Position numbers and translations under genes: made by a program. Positions 52,684-64,000 of a stretch of 64,000 nucleotides of DNA are shown here, one piece after another. This stretch comes from the human T2T-CHM13v2.0 reference genome, Homo sapiens, in NCBI RefSeq assembly GCF_009914755.1, contig NC_060937.1, one strand, 5' to 3'. The first letter of the stretch is position 1. Each line of letters starts with the position of its first letter. The notes below the pieces were generated by a model, which worked only from the letters and a program-made list of their open reading frames with translations, did not search any database and was not told where the DNA came from.

Positions 52684-55600
52684 ATATAATGCTTTCAGAT
52701 TCATTGTCCCTTCCTATCACTGTGTAACTTTCAACTTCTCGTTATCCTTGCAAACACAGAGAATTAAGTCTCCTGTAAAAAATAGAGGATTATTTACATG
52801 CATGTATGCTTAAAGAATAAAAGTAGAAGATTCTTTGCATACCTTTATTTTTTAAAAACATTACCATTAGTATTATAATTATCTAAAGTACAAACTTGAA
52901 AATTCAAAGTAAAAATCACATGTAATGCTGTGCTATATGTATTTTTTGTCACAAATGGCAGTGTGATAATTCAACCCCCCACATCTGCACTGTTATGCTT
53001 CTTATGTCATTCTTGTATCCCAAACCAAAGCGTGTTTGCAATGCATCTTTAGAAAGTGACTTTTTAAAACAAGTTTTCTTTTCTTAAATAAAACTTAGCC
53101 CTTCTATGCTGTATGCACATGGAAACTCCCTCCCATGAATAAGAGTTTTCACTAATTTTGTAAAATATGTTACATCCAATTTAGTAAAGCCAGAAATATA
53201 GTGTGTTGTGTTTAGCTATTAAGCTGATTTAAGATTCCCAAAGGCAGATTTGGCATTTTATTTATGCTTCTATTCTCAGCTCCTAATACTGTTTTGGCTC
53301 CTAATATGGAAACATTCTCTTTTTGAGTGAATAATCTTTAAGTTTGTCATTCATGCCTTTCTTCTCTAATTAATTAAAACTCATCTATATAGATTGTAAA
53401 AGTCCTAAGATAAACTGACATTATTTCTAAAGGTGTATAATGAGCACTTGAAAAAAATAATGGTTTATGCACATTGACAGCATATTTTCGAAAACCAAAA
53501 CCCACAAAGTTGAACTTTTATCTTTTTCAAAAACAATAAAAGATTACTCACTAACTTTACAGGCAAATACAAATTACAGTGAAAGTAGCTAGTATTTTTA
53601 AAGTACAAAAGCATCCCCATAGATCACAAAAATATAAAAATCATATAATGAAAGAAACTACATATTTCTTTTTCTGCATAAGAAAAGAAAAATTAGGAAA
53701 TCAATGACATAATTAATTAATTGTCATAATATAAAGAAAATCTAGGCTCACATAGTATTTATAGAGTTATTCTTCAGCATTTTATCTGAGTTTGTAACAT
53801 TTAAACTTTCACTACCTCCCTACCGAAATGTATAGAAGTATTCAAAGCAAGTCACCTTCAAGAATGAGGTGTCGTGAATTAACTGTTTTAGAATTTACTA
53901 CAAATATATTTCTAGCCTAACTTTTGGCACGGAGTGTAAAAGTAATACAGCTCATACAAACTCACTTGGGGCTCTGGTTGTCATTCCCATCAAGGGCTTC
54001 AGTAAACCTAGAATATACAAGGCACAGTGAATTTTCTCATCACAAGTTCCATTATCAGGGGATACTACACACTGATATCTGCCACTTGGAGAACATATAT
54101 CCCCTTTTCTTCCCCAAACTTTCTCTTTCTTTAGTGCCAAATTTTGTATTTCTTTAGTTTTCTTCTCAGGACCCACCTTGGACTGTTGGTTACGATGCTA
54201 GGAAGACTCAAGAAGCTCCTGCTAAAGTTTTCTTGCAAGTGAAACACAAGTGACATGAATATTCATGACAATAAATGCTCCTTTTATGCCATTTAGGCTC
54301 TGCCAGTAATTTGTTCTCTCTTGGTACTTTAGTAGAATGCTGTTTTGTTCTCTGTTAATTCTATTTCTCTTGTTGCAGACAACTAATTCCCTTAGAATCT
54401 TTTTGTTTGTTTCTTTGCTTTTCACTTTTGTTTGTCATTTAAGAAAACTGGAGCTTAGTGACTTCAGTAGCCCTTGATTTTACCATATTTATGCAGACTT
54501 GATTTTCTGGAAATGTGATCTTATTAGAAGAAGATGGCACATAAAACACCAATGAATCTATTCCAGTTGACTTCCTTTTTTACTTGTATAAATATTACCT
54601 ATCAGTTCCTAGTCTCTTCGTCTCTGTCTGCCTTTACCTCTTTCTCTCCCTCTATCTTTCTGATTCTTGCCCACTTTATCATTATGTTACTTATTATATG
54701 ACAAAACGTGTAGATAGCATGAATTTAGAAGTATGCAAAATTTATTGACTGCTGTATTTTATTATTAAAAGACACAAACATGATAATAATGGTTTTCAAA
54801 GTATTGTGCTTGTTATGATTTTCCAAAAAAAGGAAATATATATGAAATGGAATATTACTTAGTAAAACATGTAAAATTATTTTTGAGGTACTTTTAAACA
54901 ATGTCATGTTATTATATTACTTTTTCTTTAATTAGCCCATAAGAATTATAGTACATAAAATTTTTAAAAAAATAACTGTGCATCCTGAATGTTATTGCTT
55001 TCTCCTAAAAATAGATTGAGTAAATTAATAACATGTTGGGGACATTTTATGCCTACATGTTTAAATAGGTTTGCAACTAATTGCATTACTGATTATTTTC
55101 TATATCCTTTTACATAAATTTTTTTATCTATAGTTTTTAAAAGCAAATCAAAATTGTAACATTGCCATGTTATTAACAAGGTCAAATACATAATTAACAT
55201 TTGTATAGTATATATTGCTATGTAATGAAGTTGTGTTAACACCATTTAAGAAGGCTATAGACTGGAGGACTTGAAGCTGATAGATGAGAACACAGAATTT
55301 AAAAGCGTACAATCTGCAAATGAAAGGTTTTGCAAAATGCCAATTTAATATTCAGTTCAATAATATGGTCACAAATATTGCAATTAAGTGCATATACAGA
55401 AAATCAATTATTCTAATTTTCAACTTTCAAACATTAATGTAAAAATGGCATGTTGCAGATGAAAAGGTGTAGTTTTCTCACTTGTTATTTTGATGTTAAA
55501 TTACAATCTTAAACTTCCTGATCCTTCCACCCTTGCATAAGTATTTTCTATAAATTAATAGAAATATTAATTAGTTAAATTGCAGATTGATTTTTGTAAG

Positions 55601-56789
55601 AATAACAACAGAGAAAATAATAATTTTTAACCTTGAATTATCTGTGGATCACTGAGCAGACTAAATTTATGAGCAAAAGAAAACTTATATTAAATTTAGG
55701 TGAGAAAGTAGAAAGAGGAAATTAATATGTTGTCAAATAATAACACAGCATAATTCTTCTGCCTAAAATATGTGTTGAAAATATGTGCAAAGGGTATTTA
55801 TCTCTTGTTCTATAACCCTTACCCCAGAAAATGACATAAATATTCACTTAGAAGTCTGTATTTTATCTTTGATTACTTTTTCTACTTCATCTGCACCCCA
55901 CAAGTAAGCTCTATTACCCAATCATCTAATCCTTACAGGTCTTTCTCTCACTTTTTCCATTCTGTTGCAATGACTCTCATACAATTTTTCACTGTTTCAA
56001 ATATGCATTAATGAGAAAGCTTAAAATTGTTTTTCTGGTCAGCAAGTTTTCTATAATCTTATCTTTTGACCTGCTGAATAATATCCAGAGATATTGTCTG
56101 TTTGTGAAATCGCTTAACACTTTTCACAGATATGTTGGTTGCCCTTAAGAGAAACATAAACCCATCCCATTTGGCCACTAGTTCCCTTCAGGTCCTCTCA
56201 CAGCTGTATGAATCAGGTCCCATCTCTGACAGACACCATTTTTCATACCTGTTTCAGAGCTGTATTTAAAATGAGGACTTCTTTCTTTTCCAGATCCTCG
56301 TGACCTAAGGATGATTGACTTGGGGAACTAGAAAGAAGTCAATCAACCTTCCAAAAATATCTATCCTCCACCTACTATGTATAAGATACTAAGTAAACAA
56401 ATATAGAAGACAAAAATCCTCCCGAAGTAGCAGCTACCATCTAATAAGTGCTTGCTTTCTGCTGGGCTTATGTTTACAGCATTCTACATTCAGTGTTGTA
56501 CTATGTCCTAACAATTTCTGAACAATTCTCATTAGCCTTCTTTTACAAATGAACTATTAGAGACTTTAAATATTTTTATGTTATTCAACTAAAACAGGGC
56601 AAAGCCATTTGAAAGTGCAAGTACAATTTGTGAATGCAAAAACTCTAGACATTTTAGTTTGTTGCCCAGCTCATGGTCTCTGCTCAACAGTGTATGACTG
56701 AGAGAATGCAGATCACTATGCTTCCTCTCTTTAGCACCAGCCTTCAAGGAGTTTACAGTCTATGAATGTGACAGGGCTAACACAGGAAG

Positions 56790-56985
56790 AGATTAGTTAG
56801 CATTTCCTTCAGCGTATATTTATTGAATGCCCACTGTGTTGTACACAGTTATTAGGCACACTGCATATGCAGCAGTAAAGATAGATTACATATATATAAG
56901 GTAGATGATAGACAGATGGATGAATGGATGGATAGAAAAGTGATTGCCTTCATGGAGCTTACAATCTGGTAAAAATAGAGAAAAT
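56790..56985 (-). mobile_element. L2 3' fragment
   Basis: atttattgaatgcccactgtgt...gccttcatggagcttacaatctggt. Confidence 0.7.
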
Positions 56986-59599
56986 AAGTATATTATATCA
57001 AATACTAGAAAGCGATGTTTCCAATATAGATAAAAATTCAGCATAAGGGGAAGTAGTGTAATAAAAGCTACCAGCAGCAAATGCTATAGGAATGCATACT
57101 GCATCATTTAAAGTATTTTAAAGAAACTAAAAGGAAACTTCATTTTTCTGGTTTAAAATTTTTAGAAACTCATAAATATAAATTTCTTTTCTATGTATGT
57201 CAGGTAAAATATACTACTTACTTTTAAGATATGATGTTATTTGTGTATATTTATTGGGGTCATTTTTATTATTTTATTTTAGTCCTAAATATGTGCAGTC
57301 TATTTCATGGGTAATTGATATTTGATGGTGAGCATACATTCAAACAGTTTTTGATTCAGAATGATTTTACATGTAACTTAGATTTCGCTCAAAATTCCTT
57401 TCAGAAAAACAGTATGGATGCAGGAAATATTTAGAATTTGGTTCTCTGCAAATTTTCAGGGTAATGAAAAACATATGTATTTGCATAAATCCAGTTCCAG
57501 ATATTTCATCTCTCTGCACAGTTTGGTATCTCATTTATTTAGAGACTAGAAAGAAGAAAACGTGACCTTAAAGTATACCTAACATTTGGAACTTGTGATT
57601 TCATGGGATGAATAAGTCCAAAATTCTATCTCCTTGAAATTTGTTTCCAGAATGTTAACTGCAAAGCAAGTTATATATAGCAGTAAATGCATGCTTAATT
57701 TGTGCAGAAATCATGGTGTGATGAATACAATTAAGAGCCTCGGAGGGAATAATTATATTACTGCATAAAGCTAGTGGTTCTCAAATTGCTTGGTGCCTAG
57801 ACTTTAAATTGGCCTGATTTCCTGTTGTGAAAGTCATCCATCGCAGCAACACAACTGCAGCAGGAATGGCGTAGTTTCAAAGTCACAAAGAAAGCATATT
57901 CTTTCTGATCAATTGCCATATATTCTTGTTTAAAGGCAAAGAAATTGGCAACAGGCATACCAAAGTTGATTAAACTGATAAATTAAAATTCATTAGATCA
58001 AGTACATTGTTTTGTCTGTTATTCAGAAGAGAGTTTTTTTTTTTAACAAGATTGACTAAGCTGCTTATAATTGTAGGTTTTTAAGTACCTACACATAAAA
58101 AATTTACCTGGATTGTTTAAAGTAAATAACATTTATTTCATGATCCCTAGATTATTAGTGCCTTGAAATAAATAGATGGAATTTTAGGGTATATCTTTCA
58201 GGAATATAATCATTTATAGTAAAATCTGAATGTAACTGTTTAGTCTTGTATAAAAACTCCATATTATATTGGAATTATCCATTGCTAAATGTTATATCAT
58301 ATCATATATGTTTAGCTTTGTCTGACTGAGGAAGCATTATTTGATCTTAAATAATTGTGCATTTCTTAATAAATATGCAATGAATACATTTTAGTACTAA
58401 AAATATACTATTATCTTACATTAAGGTTTTTATATCTAGGACATAAAATAACAATTTCTGATCTATGATAGTCAAACAACAAGGAAAAGATAACAGAATA
58501 TGGATCACAGTCATTTAACTACTGATGAGGTTAGAGCTACTGTCTTGAAAAAGCTTAAGTGAAACTAGAAAGTAATGGTTTTTGGCAAGAGGTTAAAGAG
58601 GTAAGGGAAGCATTTTCAGCCAAGATAAACAGATTATTTAAGAATCCAGAAAAACCATGGAAACCCCTTAGAAAACTTCTAGTTCAGGGATGCAGTATTC
58701 CCACAGGCCCATGACAGCCATTACTCACCATCCACAGTACTCCTGATGGCTCATTTCATGCAGAAGTGAACTTAGAATCGCATATGGCACCAGGAAGCAA
58801 TTACTAATTGATTGTTGCTTGCAATCACTATGCTTCTAGTTGCAGTTCATGACCTACCCGAACTGAAGAGGAGACTGAGGCCTGGAGAAGCTGCATGATT
58901 TACCAAATACTTGACTGCTCAAAAACGGAAGAACTGTGGCTAGAAAGCCATCTCTCAGAGCTAGCACAATTCTAGTTTTCTTGCTAATGCTATGATATTC
59001 TTGCCAATAAGTGAGGTTGTTTGTCCAAATATATTGTTCTGCCATTTTGATCTCTATGGATCATCCAGAGAAATTTAAATACCTCATATTCTATTTCTTT
59101 ATCTTTTATTCTTTATTTTTTATTCATTCTTTTATTCCTTCATTCAACTTTTTTTTTTTTTTTTTTTTTTTGGTGAATGCCAATATAGACAATGCTAGAT
59201 GCTGGGGTAATTACATGAGTAATTTGTGGACACTACTTGGAACACAGCTAAGAACAAAACATGGCTAGAGGTCCTATCTTTATTATACACCTAATAGATT
59301 TTGGTTCATGTTCAAAATGTAGAGATGACAAAACTGGAAAACTTGGAGCAATTCTTGTCCAATGAAAAGCAGGAAGTTGAATATGAATAGACACAAGACT
59401 GTTGATTCAAGTAATCTAATTTGGGCTTCTCTTCATCGTCTTTGAAAACCCTAGAGAGTTTGCTAATAGAGCTGATAACAAAAAATAGACATGAAATTAA
59501 GTTTTCTTTCTCTTTTTCAAATGTATTTTAAGTTCTACCTCATTTTGATCTACCGTGTTAGCACACATGAACATAAACATGATCAAGAACCTTTTTTAT

Positions 59600-59775
59600 T
59601 TTTTTAATTTATTAATTTTTTTTTTTTTTGAGACAGAGTCTCTCTGTCACCTGTGCTGAAGTGATGCAAAGCAGTGGAGCGATCATAGCTCACGGCAGCC
59701 TGGACTTCCTGGGCTCAAGAAATCCTCAGCCTTTAGAGTAGTTACAACTACAGGCACACATCACTGTGCCTGGCA
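59600..59775 (-). mobile_element. Alu monomer (FLAM/AluJ fragment)
   Basis: Poly-T, gagacagagtc, gatcatagctcacggcagcc. Confidence 0.85.
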
Positions 59776-62489
59776 AACACAATCTATAATCTTAAAATAA
59801 AGATGATACTGACCTATCTGGGGGAAAAATTGAAGGGGGGAAGAACCAATTTAATTCGTAACAGCTTTGAATTCATACTAGATTGGCAAGTATATCTTAT
59901 CACTGATGTACCACGTTTCTGATTCCACTTTCTAAATTTAGCAATGTATTCCTTGGCCAAGAATATGCTATATAGTTTAAATGGAGATTTAGACCTTGGA
60001 TTTGGTCACATTCATATTATTTCTCTAATTAGATGAGCACACTTGTTTACATTTTAAGAGATAATATGTAGGTCTATTTATTCTTAGTTATTTGAGTTAA
60101 AAACCACTTAAATTAATAGGAGGACCACTAATGCTCAGCATACACTTGAATTTACAAGTACAACAATAATTATGATATTCTCCATGAAAAGCTTTATCTG
60201 TTTTACTTATTTTATTATTGCAAAATAGTATTGTTATTATCCTTAATTATCTGGACACTGGCACATATTTAAAGGAAAGAAAATTGATCTGGTAGACATA
60301 AATGAATAAATAAACAAACACACAAATACATAAATTCTATTACTGAGCAGAGAACCTAAAAGTAATAGGAATCCAACTGATCTCCAAAATGGAAGGAAGC
60401 AGAAGTACATTTGTATTTTATAATTTCATTCTTTTCCTTTTATCAATTAGTATCTGGTTGTTGCCCTTAATAAAACTGATAGCAAAATATAAATGGTACG
60501 TAAGTGTAATTATGTCAAAAACAGTAAACACTTGGACAGCAAAAGTGTCCATACTTAATCTTTGAATAAGTTTCAGCAGTTTCTTAATGACTTAAACATA
60601 ACAGATCATTAAGTAGGATCTCTTGGGATAAATTGTATTTTTTAATACACAACTTTCTGAACTTCAGATTATCTAATAGCAGATACATGTATCTGGTATT
60701 ATAAAATTGAACCTTATGCTTTCACTACCAAATATTTAGTTATACTTACAAAACGAGTTGAAGATGTATCACCAAAGGACAGTCTTATAGCCAATCTCAG
60801 ACATTTAGATACACAGATAAAATATTCCTGTAAAATACTACGACTTAAATCCTGAACAGTAAAATAGAATTATTTAATATATACAGGTATGTTTTGCATA
60901 TATATTATATATATATAATATATATATTTTTTCATATGTACTTTTTCCTTGTCCAAACAGAAATACTCTTTTAAAAAATAAGGATTATAAAATCATTTCA
61001 GATAAACAAGCATATTATTCTGTTGGGTGTCAATATTAACTTATGCCTTGTCCATTTAGTCTCTGATTTATTCAATGTTTTCCAATTGATGTGTTCTTCC
61101 CTATGGAGACTATATACATAATAGTCAAATACTAGGATTCCAAAGCTTGTGAGTCTTACAGCTTTCTATAAATATTGGAGTGCAAAGAACAGAAGCTTCC
61201 ACTTAAGATGTCTGTACCCACAAGAAGTTATACTGGAGAGTGGTCTTATAGAACCCTGCTTTCCTCCAAGACACCAACACAAAATATTCCATTACAAACT
61301 TTATAATGGATAAACATCTTAATGGATGTGATCACTGACCTGGAGGAATATTGAGTACCAGTCAAATCTGGTTTTGAGTTTTAAAATTAATAAACATTTA
61401 TTATAAATATTATTTTATAATATATACAGCATTTAGGTAAGGGCACTGTGTTCCCCTTTGCAAAACTCGGCTTGTCTTCATTTTTCTGGATTGCATTACA
61501 AGACCCAGATGCTGAGCTGAGAAAATTTTCTTTCCAGCAATAGCATCTGGCTCCTTGGCAGCCTGTGTTTGCCCTTGTGTTGGCTGCATAACAGTTGTCT
61601 TCAGGCTGTGAAATGGTTAGAATGCTGATGTGATATCTTATTCACTTGGATGTTATTCTTTTTAGCTTTCTTATGTTATCTCCACCTGAAACATTTTTCA
61701 AACTTGCAATCTTTTATAAACAAAATTTGTTGGGAAGCATGATTGATATGTGATATAACATTCCATATCAAAATTTTGAAATTATTTTTGTCTACATAAG
61801 ATGTGCCAGCCAGATGAGACAAATCTCACATTTCTCCTCTTGTAGTTTAAGAAAATAAAATATTTTTGCCTTGTTCCTTATTTCTGTCTATATAAACATA
61901 TATAACTTTGACCCTTTATAATTTTTCTTTTTTAAATTATAACAATACTAATTAAAACTACTGCTACTAACTACTATTTACAGAATGTTTCTATCCTACA
62001 TAAAATTTTTAAATTTCATGTCATTTAGTCTTCACAAGATTTTACCATGTCCAACACATTCTTCACTTACAAATGAAACAAATTTGTAAGATTTGTAGTA
62101 TCTAATCAAGAGGCTATTCAGGAAGAAAGGTGGTCATTATCAAAGGGAGCATAGTAGAAATTGGTTCTAGAGCAGGGACTTTACATTTTTTTCAGTATGT
62201 CAGTTACTCCAGTCAGAGTTTAATACCAGCTTCCCTTCCTCACCTTATTTCCATCTCTCCCATGTGCCTTCGGATCTAGCCTCATGGGAGCAATCATGCC
62301 TGATTTGTGCAGCTGCCATTCCAATAAGTAGTGCGCCCGTCCTCACTCTCTCTGTTTGCATTCTTCCATTAAATAAAAGCCAACTTACACCTCAACTTCC
62401 AATAAAGAAGAGGGATGTCTGGAAATGAAAAGGTATGGGAAATGTCTCCTCTACAGGTCTAAAATGGGACATTGACAGTTCTACAACCA

Positions 62490-62735
62490 GATATTCACTG
62501 AGCATTTATTGTATGCCAAGCATTCCTTGGAGAACTTTGCATGTATTAATTTATTCCATCCTCACAAAACCGTATGGCATAGACATTATTAGGAGGCCTG
62601 TTTTATCAGTGAGTAAACTGAGATATAGCATAGTTATGTCCCTTCCAATGAAATGCAATAGTGAACATTAGAGACAGATATTAACCAAGTCACCAAGCAT
62701 CTGCAGCCCGCTCTGTTAACATCTGCACCATGTGC
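62490..62735 (-). mobile_element. MIR
   Basis: tgagcatttattgtatgccaagc...atcctcacaaaaccgtatg...aaactgaga. Confidence 0.75.
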
Positions 62736-62994
62736 CTCCTCATTCACTCCTTGGTTCCCCAGAAGTACTTAAAATCTTGGCTATAGAGGATGGTAAAAAT
62801 TTCTTTTAGCTACTCTGATTATCTGTAGTTCAGAGACAATTTGTGGATCTTATTCTAGATAACCTACATTTTTAAACATCACAGTTTCCCTAATAGTGTC
62901 TTTTAAATATTTTTAGATTATAGATAATATACCAAATAGAATTTGTATTATTTTTCTTTCCTTCTCTCTGAGTCGATCTATTTATAGATGCAAA

Positions 62995-63098
62995 CAGGTA
63001 CATGTGTGTATATATATATATGCATATAGACATATATATGCATATATAGACATGTATATCTATAAACATACATGTATTCATATACACACATATATATA
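62995..63098. repeat. (TA)-rich compound microsatellite
   Basis: Visible run. Confidence 0.85.
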
Positions 63099-63624
63099 GA
63101 GGAGAGAATTCTGCTTCTTCTTTGGTACATGTTTTGAATGACTTTTGTTTGTCAACATAATCAACATCATTATTCTTTCCTAAATATTTCATTCTCAAGA
63201 TACAACTTTTTTACATTAAATAAAGTTAACTTTTAATGGCCTTGTGGTGTAGAGGAGCTACAACATGTGTCCTTATTACCAGAAATGACTATTTTCAAGA
63301 GGGGACCAAACACTGCAGAGAGAAAAGTTTCCCTGTGACACCTGAAAAATATCTAAATTATGTATGAAACAATGTTGCAGAGCTGTTAAATATTATTTAT
63401 GTCATTGTACTCCAGATAGAAAATTATTTTACCAAGCCACTTATTTTATTTTCCTAAAAAAGTGCAAAATTAACATTGCCTTTTGCAATATTAAAATAAC
63501 TGAGTGTTTTTTTCTGGGCTAGACTGTGCTGAATAATTGCCTCAGATATCCACTTAATTTTGAATAGCTTTCACGGCCTTACTTTCGTGAGTTGTCTTAA
63601 ATCTCAAAGAAGTGAATACCAATG

Positions 63625-64000
63625 ACAACTGGCAAAACATATTTACAGCACTTGACACAAAGTTAATACCTTCAATTTACAAAGAGCCCATACAAATTTA
63701 AAATGAAAGAATGATCGAATCAATAAAAAAATCATCCAAGGGTAGGAACTTGCAGTTCACAAAAAAAAGATAAACAGCTCATAAATTTATGAAAAACTAC
63801 TTATATTTATATGGTATGTGTATGTACAATTTATAAATATTTGTATTCTATTCATTACACTGTTATTAGGAATAGCAAAGCAAAACAATGGAAATACCTA
63901 CAGTGTCTACGGAGAGATACTTAGATGATTATCTAAATAATTTATGGCACTGTATATAATGGAATAGTCTGTAAACATTGGAAACACTGAAGACCAAAAT
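63625..64000 (+). mobile_element. Old L1ME ORF2 3' relic
   Basis: gacaactggcaaaacatattt...acaaagttaatacc...cagttcacaaaa. Confidence 0.6.

Overview
Primate genomic DNA, most likely human or another hominoid (AluY, L1PA, THE1, HERV-K). The window is AT-rich and dense in repeats, and I can support no host protein-coding gene or RNA gene. The listed ORFs are fragments of repeats or chance frames. The best-defined element is a ~5.0 kb internally deleted HERV-K(HML-5)/LTR22 provirus (4986-10021, minus strand) with two LTRs, a tRNA-Met primer-binding site, and decayed gag, pol and env. Other content: two ERV1 solo LTRs with clean 4-bp target-site duplications (TSDs); a near-full-length old L1PA with an internal deletion plus inversion; and a ~21 kb nest (30090-50880) built on an old L1MB. 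The unusual signals are structural. Several small fold-back or templated-insertion repair scars are visible against repeat consensus, a ~310 bp segment is copied locally within one L1, and a ~6.8 kb apparently foreign block interrupts the L1MB. I found no convincing new biological system. Family and subfamily names come from my recall of consensus sequences, not from a database search. Boundaries without a TSD are approximate.
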